A DNA stretch of 63,099 bases, the filler included, from Dirinaria sp. TL-2023a (lineage: Eukaryota): assembly GCA_051941275.1 (NCBI GenBank). It is 15 parts of 15 records of this genome, joined end to end, with 100 filler letters (N's around TTAATTAATTAA, not from the genome) between each part and the next. Parts side by side here need not be neighbours in the genome. Positions count along the whole stretch, not along the records: positions 21,189 to 25,305 come from JAVEBF010001902.1; positions 25,406 to 29,520 come from JAVEBF010001903.1; positions 29,621 to 33,734 come from JAVEBF010001904.1; positions 33,835 to 37,945 come from JAVEBF010001905.1; 11 more parts are not named here. One strand, 5' to 3'. Below the pieces are notes generated by a model, which did not search any database, was not told the origin of the DNA, and saw only the letters and a list, made by a program, of their open reading frames with translations. The position numbers and the translations under genes are program-made. Positions 22,951-34,639 of the stretch are shown in pieces. Within the stretch, counting starts at the first letter, position 1. Every line of letters starts with the position of its first letter.

Positions 22951-23409
22951 GGAATATGGAGAGGTGTCCGAGCCAAAAAGAAGGCGATTCAGGCCAGCCT
23001 ACAGTTTTGTATATAAGGTAAGTACCTGAACATACATCTAGGGTTATAACGGTCTTGGGAAATAGGGGTTTGACGAACGTCATCATGCGCCCTAACCCTG
23101 GGTACAATCCTTTTACCAATCGGTCTGGAGCGACCCAGGCATTACAGCAAAGAGGATTAGTAGAACTTGGTAAGCAATATAGTAAGTATAGGCAAGATCT
23201 ATAGTTTTATAAGACTAAGAAATCGAAATAGATTGCCGACCAAAGTGCCCAGCAGGGCTAGGGGAAAGTGTTTAGATGTCTGCGATGTCATCTCGAGTGC
23301 GCTCTTGAGAGATATATATCGCTTCATTCTGTGACTTCAATGCAATTTCATCAAGTCCAGCAGACACCACGACGCGTCGCTCGCGGAGCGACCTAGGACA
23401 AAAGTTTAG

Positions 23410-24060
23410 AAACGCTTCATCCGCACGTCTAGCGCGGATGGAGTGACGAAGAAGGAGTTGAACAACATTGCGCATGACTTCAAAGTCAACAAATTCGAGG
23501 CGAAAGTGGACCGCGAAGAGCTGACGAGCTACGACTGCAGTAATTTTGCCATCGTTTCCTCCTCACACAACGAGGTTGTTTTCGATAGTGAGGTGACAGA
23601 AATCCCTCTCAAGAGAGGTGACATCTTTGGAATAGATGTGAGCATCAAGAATGAAAGATGGTGCAGTGACACTTCGGGGCAATGGGCGGTGGGGAGACGA
23701 TACTTCCTCAGAAGCCCGCTTGCTGCTCGCCGTCGGCTACCAGACAATGTGTCTGAGAATCAGGGTGGTACGGGCCGGTGCCTTGGTCAAAGAATCGCGA
23801 TGATGGTACAAACATATGTCGAATTGTTTGAATTCTTGATGGTTCGGGCGGAAAGCGCTACCAGTCATTATATTTGGTGGATCCACGCTGATGGATGGCA
23901 CATCCCTCACTGCTCTTCCGAAATTAACAGAGGGCGTGTGCTCAAGGAAGGTATGATAGTTACTGTAGAGCCTTTCACATGTTTAGGCAGCCTCGAGAGC
24001 ATTCGACTACCGTACGTTACCTAGTCCGTCTTACGGCGGATGAATCCTCAGCATGCTGAG
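23410..24060 (+). pseudogene. Degenerate type I methionine aminopeptidase
   Basis: GVTKKELNNIAHDF, SHNEVV..PLKRGDIFGIDVS..WCSDTS, HIPH..GRVLKEGMIVTVEP; then a stop and a frameshifted SVLTAD. Confidence 0.7.
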
Positions 24061-24390
24061 GTAATTGATCTTAGGGAGGGTGAGGATGCGACATTTCATG
24101 GAGCAAAGCCGCAGTTGAAGCAAGGAGAATAAGGGTCTTGGGAGAAATCTTTCGTGACGAAGCACAGTCGCGAAAGGATAATGAAATGGCTAAGTCTGTG
24201 TGTACAGCAAGCCACCAGCTATTCAATGCGTCCCGGTGTTCTAAGCTGGCTCTAGGCGTCTGTACTTGGCCAGGAATAACGTGACAATAAAAGTGCGAAT
24301 CAATCCGGGGCTGATCATGCTGACAACCACATGATCTACAATTGCAGCAATTAGTCTCGTTATTTTTGGTGCATGTGCGAAGTCTTGATA

Positions 24391-24539
24391 CTCGTTTTCA
24401 CCTACTTTCTTGCCTCACCTACTTTCTTGTCAGGGTTAGGGTTACACGCAGTTTTTCCCTTAGGGTTGATGGAAGGGTTTTAATGGGGTGAGAAATAGCC
24501 TGTAACCCTAAACCTAACAAGAAAGTAGGTGAAAACGAG
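24391..24539. mobile_element. 149-bp MITE-like element with TA target duplication
   Basis: 22-bp perfect TIR CTCGTTTTCACCTACTTTCTTG, extendable to about 39 bp after removing a 17-bp internal duplication. TA at 24389-90 and 24540-41. Confidence 0.8.
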
Positions 24540-24959
24540 TAGTGTCCCACTAGTACAAACGACTAAGCCATAAGTCCTGGCTAGCGTGGTCAATGCCTCT
24601 AGTAGTGTTCTCAGCTGGAAGTCGCCCGGAAGACCGCCCAAGGTTATTGCCTGGACGCGCCAACTTGCTACCTATCTGGGAGCGCAGCTGTGCTCACCAA
24701 AGGCCAATTGTTGATTACCTAGACGACAAAGTCTGACATACATAGAGCTAGTCAAGACTCATGGTGTAAGGTAGTCCTCCGTATCAAAAGAGTCAAACCC
24801 GAGAAATACTTTCCCAATCTAACGAAACTACAAGACAGGGTATGCTATCCACGCTCCAAATATAATAATGGCGCCTGCTAAGCAAACACTCCCCTTTCCA
24901 ACTTCACGTCCCCCCCCCTCCCCCGGGGTTCACCTCAACCACTCCTTATACTTACACAA

Positions 24960-25305
24960 TCAATCACTCGCTAACTCTAAAGCCATTCAAGAGACAGACC
25001 ATCAAAATCATAATGATATTGCTCAAGCAATCAACGTCGAAAATATACATTTCATTCTGGCAAAAAACTTCGAAAACTTTCTCGAATAAACTTTTCAGTC
25101 GAGAGATCGAGATCATAAATCTCGAGAACCCGTATAGTCAACGTATCTCTGTCGCATACTACGTAATGCTTATAGACTTTAAGTTTCTATCAAATGTTGA
25201 GAGAGAGAGTACACATGCTTTTCACAAGAAAAATATCCGATCATGGATTATGTTAAATGTGAGACTAAATCGTGAGGCCGAACAGAGAAGATGCTGATAT
25301 GAGAG
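24960..25305. repeat. RIP-like mutated repeat remnant at contig end
   Basis: AT-rich, CC/GG-poor and TCGA-rich, like 905-4152. Confidence 0.5.
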
Positions 25306-25405
25306 NNNNNNNNNNNNNNNNNNNNNNNNNNNNNNNNNNNNNNNNNNNNTTAATTAATTAANNNNNNNNNNNNNNNNNNNNNNNNNNNNNNNNNNNNNNN
25401 NNNNN

Positions 25406-27140
25406 CCTTATTCCAACTTCACCAGGCTCCAGTAAGCCTGCACCAAGCCCAATACAGGGCCCGCATCCGGCGGGCAGCGCCTGAGCGCCAGCGTCGAGTA
25501 GAGCCTGCCAGTCACCTACAGCTTCTGCGGCCTCCTGCTCGGGTGCGGAAGCGGCAGCGATGTAGAATTGTACACCTTCGGCAATCTTAGGAGGAGTGTC
25601 GGGATTTGCCTTGGCTATATCCTTAAAGACCTTAGCGGCTGCGGTGAGATCGGAAGCCCGGGCGTTAGTGCACGAGACTATGTAAGCACGATTGATCTTG
25701 ATATGCTGCGGCGCCAGCTCATGCAAAGGGGTCCCGACTTTGACAGAGTCCGGGCCCGACACATAGGGCGTGAGAGTGTCGAGATTCAGATATAATTGCT
25801 TCGCATACACAGCATCACGGTCAGCCGTGAGAGGATTCGCGAACAGCCTGTCTATCTTCTCATGCGTGATACGTAGTCGAGTCGTACGGTCGTTGAGTAA
25901 GGCAGCTTCGGTTGCCTTGTTCCGAAGCCAATGTTCCAGGGGTTTGTCCACCGGGAATAAGCCTGCCAGCTGGTTAGCAGGTGCCAGCTAGAAAGACCAG
26001 TAGAGTGACAAGCCAATAAACTCACCTGACAGAGCAGCCATCTCAGTAGTCATATTGGCGATCGTCAATCCGCAGAGAAGTTAGTCTTGATATTCCATAC
26101 AAGCTAAGAATTTAAAGTGTACCTGCTATCCACGGGCAGACTTGCCATAGTTTCCTCGGAGCCCGTGAACTCAACGGCATGGTTCAGCACGTCGCTCTTG
26201 AAGACTGGAGAACGTGTGAGCCAAACAGTTTAATAAAATCAGGTCATGATACTCACAAATATTTAACGCGACTGCGACATCTTTTGCGGTCACCCCTGAG
26301 GGCAGCGTTCCTACAAAGTTCACTCGTGCTACTGGCGGGATCTGCCACCAGGTACGTGATGTTGCCCAAATTGATGCAGCATCTGTACGAACAACGGGAG
26401 TGCCTAAGCTAAACTGGATTTAGAAAGAATTCAAGATGAATACTGTAGATTTCAACTTGGAAAGTTTGACGACTTACCATCCTATACCGCCGTAGTGATT
26501 GCTGTGGCTGTCAGAGGCCACACACATGGTGCCCGGCCATGCATACCCCTCTTCTACCATGATCTGGTGACCTATACCGCGACCCGGTGGAAAATGATCA
26601 ATTGTATGCTTTTCAGCGAAGGCCTTGATTTGGTGATACTTCTTGAGGTTGGCATCACTGGTGTTCTGGATATCGTGGTCAAGCGTAAAGACGATCTGAC
26701 GTGGATTACGGACCTGCGTCGCTCCCATCGACATGAACTTGAGTGCAACTGGCCATGAGTTGTCATGGGTCATGCAGTACGCTGGGGATAGACTGATATA
26801 ATCGCCGCTCCGGACGAGCTTTCCGTCGGGAAGACTGACGGCATAGCGTTGTACAATTTTTTCCGTCAGAGTCTGCGGCCGCTTTTCAAAAATCGAGGCG
26901 GTGAAAGGAGGCGGCTCATGTTGGTATAATGCGCCAGCCCGCGCGATAGTGTCCGTATCTGGTGAGGAGGTAGCTGGCGACGTCGAGATAGTTCGGAAAT
27001 GAGTATAGATGTTCCTACTCGGCAGCCGGCTGCTGGAGAGGCGGAACGAGTTAGCCCATGGAGACCAGACCTATAGGAATTAGATTGGGCTAGAGAACAG
27101 ATAGAAACGGGAGGATATCACTGACCGGTCTGCACCTCAT
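25406..27140 (-). CDS. LYS4: Mitochondrial homoaconitase, 3' truncated
   Basis: [50 protein letters not shown] and CGPCIGLG; several introns. Confidence 0.93.
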
Positions 27141-27403
27141 CGTAGACAGGCTCCTCCAGTAGCAATTACGTCGCTGTACTATGTACGACGTGGTATCCAA
27201 TGCAACTCATCAAAATCTCGCGCTCGGCGGTCCGAGGTTGAGGCGCAGAAGACTAATGTGGCGACCGCAATACAGCTGGTACTATGTTAGCCAGCAACGT
27301 TGAATTTCACAGGTCAATTTACTTTAAGAAAACGAAGCCTTGTCCATCCACTATCATACAACTCGCATTCCTTCTTGTCCTCAAATGATTTTTTGCGCAA
27401 GCA

Positions 27404-29165
27404 ATGACAGATCCTATCAGCGCTATAGGCCTCGCAGCAACCGTCTGCACGACGTTTCGGGAGGTCTACGTAATTGGACGTTTTATCTATAATACAATCG
27501 AACATGTCAAGAAGGGTGATACTGAGCGCGAGGATTTGCAAGTCGAATTCATGAACGAGATGCTATACCTCGAGAGCTTCGGCAGGATCTATCTCAGCAA
27601 GGGTGGAATCATGAGTGACGAGGGGCTTGACGAGGTACGAGCAATCGACTTGAAAAGCCCATGATTCAGGTGATCTAATGAAGCTTTTTCAGCGATGGGC
27701 GAAGCAGATATACGCCGTGCTCGAGCGACTCCAGAAACACAGTGCAAGCTTTCAAAATATTGCCGCTTACGAGGATCCCGAGTACCAGGCCGAATCACCC
27801 TACCAAAACCCCAAGAAAAGCAATCTAAATTACATGGATTTCGGAACCTTTGAGGACAAGCCTCTGTCCCCAAAATCAGCCAAAAAGCCTATTTATAACA
27901 GGAAATCATGGCGGTGGGCGTTGCTGGACCGCAGAAAATACGAGGACATACTTGCAAAGTTTCAGAAATGGGTTGGTAAACTCAAAGACCTCCTGCCTCT
28001 GAGCATAGCTTCCTCCTTGAAACGAGACCGACGTGGCTCTTCGACTCTCGAAGCTCTATCCAAGAACGAGAATGTTAAGAACCTGGGACTTGAAGGTCAC
28101 GTTCAGCTATGGCAGCTGATGTTGGATCCAGCTTTTCAAGAAAGAAGTCTCGAGCTAGATGTCCGCGTCCTAGAAGCTCCTTCTAACCTTCCAGAGGATT
28201 CCGCATTAGGTCTTGCCAAGTTAGGCTCACATCCTCCGAAGCAAAAGTTTCAACTTTTTAATTCAAGAGAGCCCGAAGGCAAGACCAAGGTACTGGTTGA
28301 ATATAAGTCTGAAGACCCCAACGCGCTTCCTGCGACCCAAAGCAGCGAAGTCCAAAATCCGGGCAAGGTTGATGACCCAATCCACAGGCTTGCAAGCCTC
28401 TTATCCCTGTCTGGAAAGTATGATCTGCGTACGCTTTCCTTCAAAGGCTACGTGCACCAGCCCAAGGAGAAACGTTATGCGTTCGTCTTCGGATTCCCGG
28501 AAACTGCCCACCGCTCTGTTCCAATATCTCTCAACGCTTTAATCGCCACTGACAGCATTAGATCCCAGCTCTCCCTCCCAGATCGTTTCTCAATGGCCCA
28601 GACCATCACCAGAACACTTGCCGCCTTTCACTCCGCCAATTGGGTTCACAAAAGCATTCGCAGTCAGTCTTTCGTCCTCTTTTCAAAGCCCGAAGATGAG
28701 CGTAGCAGGATGATCAAATCCCCTTACCTCATCAATTTCGAATACTCACGCCAGGAGAAGGCCAACACGGTCTTGGCATCGATCGAAAATCTCGAGCAAT
28801 CCCTCTACTGCCATCCTCAACGTAACCCGCCCGCTTACCCTTTCACAAAGATCCACGATATTTACGCTTTAGGAGTCGTGCTACTCGAAATAGGCCTCTG
28901 GTGCACCGCGCTGAGCATCTACGACCAGTATCGGGCGCGGATGACGGAGACGGCAAAAGCGCAGCAGCTCACATCCCGCCAAATCAAGGCCATCATGGTC
29001 GATGCGGCGAAAAATCGGCTCTCGCACCATATGGGGCCGGCATATACAACTGCGGTGCTGAAGTGCTTGAGGGATGAATTGGAAGAGTACGCCGAGGATG
29101 CAGATTTCCCGATCATCTTTCAGACCGAAATTGTTGAAAATCTGGATATCAAGGCTGCGGGATGA
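27404..29165 (+). CDS. HeLo-like N-terminal domain plus kinase-like C-terminal domain protein
   Basis: MTDPISAIGLA start and WRWALLDRRK. Kinase-like VLVEYK, FHSANWVHKSIRS, PYLINFEYSR, YCHP and DIYALGVVLLEIGLW. Intron 27635-27692. Confidence 0.82.
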
Positions 29166-31159
29166 AGTGTCAGTGGGACGCACATCAGCAGCCGCTTTTA
29201 CCAATAAAGGGAGGAAAAAAGGTCCCGCTGCTGCCACACCAAACTAATCTACTGCCACACCACCCCTCTTCACTACCTATTTGACTATGGCACTTTCATG
29301 GTGAAGCAGTCCAACGTTCAACCGTCGATACTTGAAACCCATATCTTACCAAGAGCAGAGAGAAACCGGACATACTCAAACTCTAAGGCATCAAAAAGGT
29401 CCCAACACACATTCCCATATGGCAATGAGTATCTGGTGAAGAGGACTGGTGTAGCGACAGTCAAACCCCCTCTCCCATCCCATTTCAAAAAAACGAAATC
29501 AAGCTCGACCGTCATATCACNNNNNNNNNNNNNNNNNNNNNNNNNNNNNNNNNNNNNNNNNNNNTTAATTAATTAANNNNNNNNNNNNNNNNNNNNNNNN
29601 NNNNNNNNNNNNNNNNNNNNTCCTAGCGCGGGTACAACTACGGATCGCGGGTACAAATAAGGGCTCCCTAGTTTTTAGCCAGATGCTACAATAGTAATCC
29701 AACATCAATTTACCACCTAAATCTGACACAATATTTTCTGGATCTCTGGAACTTCTTCAGAAATTTTATTCCGCATTAAGGTCTCGGTACCGACCATTCC
29801 TTCCAATTGTGCACGCATTAAAAGAGCTTCTTTTGGATTGGAAGGCCGATGTAAATTTGTTAGTCGAAATGAATGGCCAGACCTAAAGGCCATTCCTGAC
29901 AATAGGTCTCGAAGTTTGCTGTTTTCTAATAAACCGGGAACTATTGAGGTTTGTGAATGCAAGCCAAAAAAACAAAAAAAAAAGGGGGAAAATAAAAAGT
30001 GAGCGGCCAACACATTGAGCGATTGGTATTAAAAGGCATGATGTGCGGCATGTATGCATTGAATGATGAAGTCTATCTACAGGCTTCAGAGGCAGGAAAT
30101 TATCTCATCAGCGCGGGCCTTGTGCCTTGGTATGACGCTAAACCTAATCCGTCAATTTATACCAGCTAGAGATGCAAGAAAGGGGTCAACCCTATGAGAA
30201 CCCTATTCTGGAGCGGGTGACTTCCGACAATTGGACAATGGGATTGTGGGATGGTGGTATTAAAATGGCAATATAGATTGATAGGTTAGGAGGCTGATCG
30301 ATCCAACATGCACCAGACTGGTTAATGGGCTTCATACAGCAACCAGACAATCTAGACATAGACCAAAGCTATTGTTTACCACTACCTAGGTCCTATGGCG
30401 TAAATATCATTTCACAAGGAACAAAGCGGGCTAGCTCGCACGTTTGGTTTTTCGTACAAGTCTATCATTGCACCTGTATTGAGAAAAGGTACGTGACGTG
30501 TTGCATTAGCCACTGATCAATAGAAACGTTGCTGAACATCGACCACATGAGTACATGTTTTTAGAGCTCGAAGTTTAGAGGCTAACTAACAGTCGACGGG
30601 TTGATTGTTAGATGATTAACGAACAAAAGTTGCGTATAATCCATTGCGAAAGCATTTCAACAAATCAGCTGGCTGGTGCCGCCACTGGTTAAGGAGGAGC
30701 CAGTTCAAAGATCGATCTGGTGTTGACCGCTCTGTCAATTAATCAGTCGCTAATACTTTAGTTGGCTAGTCCATTACTCACTTCCAGACATTGCGATATC
30801 AGGTAGAGGTCATTTACTTCCTACGTGTTTCATAAGAGTCTTTCATTTTGCTGTCCACTGCTTCAAATAGGATAAAGGGAGAATTTGATAGATTTCTATT
30901 TCATCAGGAGCAATAGCAAAAGCCAAAGGGTCACCGTAAGTTCTAGCTTCGGTAAAAAGATTAGCCTCGGACGACAAAAGCGCTAATATGCAGACAGAGT
31001 TGTGGCGGTAGATTGTTGTCAATGCACCCCACTAACATTGCCTACCCCCTCCCCAGGCGCTCGACGTACATAAGAAACCAGTACCCAGAGTCCACGAGGA
31101 AGAGAAAGCTTTCCGTTCAAAAGGTTGGTCACCAGCATCAGGGACACCTGGATAACAGG

Positions 31160-33399
31160 ATGCCAAAAATGAATGAATCAGAGGTCAAAGTGGATGTATT
31201 GATCATTGGAGCAGTAAGTATATCGCCCACACATAATCTGTCCCTTGTTCTTAGTTGAAGGTTCATGATGTTTCAGGGCCCAGCAGGGTAAGACTATTTC
31301 CGTGAATCGTTACATTCAACGAGAATCATTATGGTTGATGCCGTGTGTTTACTAGCTTGATTGCAGCCATGTGGATGGCCAAGCGCGGAATCACGACCCG
31401 TGTCATCGAACAACGCCCAGATGTCCTCCGTCCGGGTGGGGCAGATGGGTGAGTTGGCTTAACAGCAGATGAAGATTTGATGCTGACAAATCTAGTCTTC
31501 ATCCTCGATCAATGGAGATGTTTGAAAGCTTCGGCTTTGACCAGGACGTAACACAACTATGGGAGCCAACAACAGATTGGACACTCTGGTGGCGGGATGC
31601 AACTGGGTGCCTTCGCCGAAAAGAACGAGGGCCCAATTCAGTTCCCATCCGCACCAGGTAAAATGATCATTGGCTTCAGTGAGTATGAGTTGAACACTAA
31701 CCAAAACGAGCTTGCCAGGTGGGGCATGGGGGTTCTGCAACAAGGAGTCATTGAGAGCATTATCAAACGTTACATCACCAAAAGTTCCTCTATTGCGGTG
31801 GACTACGACATCAGGCCCTGTTCGTTCCATATTAATGAAAAGGAAATGGATGATCCGGACGCCTATGCATGTCTGCTGCGTTTAGAGCCGAGTGAGAAGA
31901 ACAAGAACGGTTGTCGCGAAGAAGAGGCTATTCACGCGAAATACGTGATCGGAGCGGACGGAGCAACGTCTTGGACAAGGAAGCAATTAGGCTTCACCAT
32001 GGATGGCAGCCGAACTCAATCAGTGTGGGGGGTGGCGGATCTAGAGGTCGTTTCAGACTTTCCTGAGTGAGTCATGACCAACAATGGATTTGAGCCTAAT
32101 GGTGACGAGACTTGAATGTAAGTATTCGAACAGCAACGACCATCAACAGCTATGCGGAAGGAGGGCTCTTTTTCATTCGGCGAGAGCGCCGTTTGACCCG
32201 TTTCTATGTTCAATTGAACCACGGAAAGGGAGAAGAGGAGCTACCCCGGGAATCAGTTACCGAGGACGCCATTATCGAGAAATTACGGCAGATGCTGAGA
32301 CCATACACCGTGAGAGTGGATCGGTCTTTAGATATCGAACCAGTAATTGCTAACGGTTCTCTATAGCTGACGGTGAGGTATTGCGAATGGTAAGCATGGC
32401 TTCATCGTCGAGTACATGAGCTGATCCGTTACCAGGTGGTCGGCGTTTACCGTTGCTCATTACCTGAGCAGCGGCATGACCAAAGCTGGTCGGGTATTTC
32501 TTGTTGGAGATGCCGTCCACACCCATACGCCCCTTGTTGGCCTGGGCATGAATGTTAGCATGCAGTAATTCAATCCTGTTTTTCCAAATCCTGCTCCCCA
32601 ACTAATTTCCATCCAACTCAGAGACTCATACAACCTTGGATGGAAGCTCGCTGGAGTGGTCAAGAAGGAATTCGATCCTCGTATATTAGCAACCTTTGAG
32701 ACCGAACGACGGCCAATTGCCGAAGAGCTCATTGCAACCGATCGCTTCCATCTGCAAGTCTTTGACACCGAGAAAGGTGCCGAACCGGCCTGGATGCGAG
32801 AGAAAGAAGCCGAGTTATTACCTTTTCTCATGGGCCTCTCCACTCACTATCAGGATCCACTCCTCACTGCCCCTAATTTTGCAAGGGCAAAGGCAAAAGA
32901 GCAACAACCAGAAAGTATTGTGCCAGGAAAGCGTTTCCCCCAAATCACCGTGTCGAACCATGCCACGGCCAAGACCTATTCGATCCAGAGCCTCCTCAAG
33001 AGCGACGGCAGCTTCCATCTCGTCATCTTCGCGGGCGACATCTCTCAGCCTGGAGAACTCGAGCGACTGAATGCTTTTGGAGCCGCTCTGCGCCAAATAC
33101 AAAGAGTGAATCTTCCGGTTTCAGTCGGTGGGTTCAATATTGTAGCGGTCCACTGCGCGTCACGTACGGCGGTGGAACTCGTCATGTTGGAGGACCTTTT
33201 CTTCCCGCTCCACGAAACGCTGGGGCGAGACTACGATCGGGTTTACTGTGATATGGATCCGGGATATGATTTCGCTGGGATTGATGAGCATAACAGGGTG
33301 GTCTTGGTCCGACCGGATCAATATGTTAGCTGGTGCGGTGGACTGGCGGATGTGGATGGATTGAGAGATCATCTCGGTCAGATCTTCATTGGTTGTTGA
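31160..33399 (+). CDS. Phenol 2-monooxygenase-like flavoprotein (PheA/TfdB family), multi-exon
   Basis: VDVLIIGA-GPAG-L, ADGL, YVIGADGA.SWTRK, WGVAD..SDFP, RVFLVGDAVHTH.P..GLGMNVSMQDSYNLGWKL and VLVRPDQYV. Confidence 0.9.
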
Positions 33400-33532
33400 T
33401 CAGACCCTGCTTTTCCCCTTTCCAAGGGCCTCAGGCAGAAGGAATATGGCTTTAGATATGAGAGATGAGATATGAGAGAGAGCGGATCCCAGAACAGATA
33501 TTGATGAATCTATCCAGAGAAATCATTGTGTA

Positions 33533-33734
33533 CTATGCGTCTTGGACGAAATCATCTAAAGATCCCTTCAAATCTTCCCTTTCGAACCTCTCAATCTCTT
33601 GTAGTGCTTGAGTGATTCGTGCTTCCAGATAACTTTCTGCTTCCAGCCCGACACTGATCCGCACGATGTGCTTTGCAACTCCGTGAGCAGCAGCCCAATC
33701 CAACTCGTCCGCATGCGCAAGGACGGAATACGCG
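33533..33734 (-). CDS. C-terminus of a cystathionine gamma-synthase-like PLP enzyme (absent from the ORF track)
   Basis: Manual translation: AYSVLAHADELDWAAAHGVAKHIVRISVGLEAESYLEARITQAL...QDA*. RISVGLE is the Cys/Met metabolism PLP family C-terminal motif. Confidence 0.82.
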
Positions 33735-34639
33735 NNNNNNNNNNNNNNNNNNNNNNNNNNNNNNNNNNNNNNNNNNNNTTAATTAATTAANNNNNNNNNN
33801 NNNNNNNNNNNNNNNNNNNNNNNNNNNNNNNNNNGACAGGATTGTGTGTTGGGGGGGAGTTTTGGTAGATTGGCGATTGGACGTTGGATGTAGAAGGAGG
33901 AATTGTGATGAAAGAGCAAATAGTTCAGATTTAAATGTGGTGGTTTGTTTGTGTAATTAATGTACCTAACTTTACCTTATTTACCTAGGTAATGTTCGAT
34001 CGTGACGTCGTGAAGACTGGGATCCAAGTTACCTTAGTTTAGGTACCTTAGGTTAGGTGCCTTACAGGGTTCCCACCTAAGGGACCTTACCTAAGTCCTA
34101 GCTACATGTATCTAACTAGATTCGCCAAGAACTGGGTCGTTTAGATGGAACTCTAGCTAAGTTAGCTACCTAATAATGCAACAGTGGAGGTACTCTGTAG
34201 GTGAATAAGGTAGGTTAAGGTAATAATCTGTGTGGTTGGGCCCCCCTTGAGCTGGCTACTATTCACTAGTGGCCATGACTCTCGCTACCTACCTGACTTG
34301 TAGCTAGGACTTATGTAGACCTATTTATAAGACTTAGGTAGGGTGATTGATGCCGGCTGTGAACAACTCTATCTCTGTCTCTCTCATACTATAGAGACGC
34401 GGCTCAACATGAAGATCTATGTACAATAGCGGGATTTCCTTTATCAACTCCAGTCCCTTTAGAAGCCCTGCCATGGGGAACCAAGAATATGGCTTGGCAT
34501 TGAAACATGAGAGATACTTAGGTGGAATTTGCCCAATATCCAATAATAGTCCTACCAAGCCCAATGCTTAAGTATTTCTTGCTTAAACTCCCCCATCCCG
34601 ATCGATATAAGATCGGATCGGATCGGGGCGCCCGCATTA

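Noticed and set aside
26474..26520. Homoaconitase SNHYGG instead of the more usual SNMYGG, hinting at a specialised paralog
   Set aside because: One substitution with all other motifs normal is insufficient.
29627..29657. CGCGGGTACAA repeated twice at contig start
   Set aside because: Could be a transposon subterminal repeat, but no partner end is visible.
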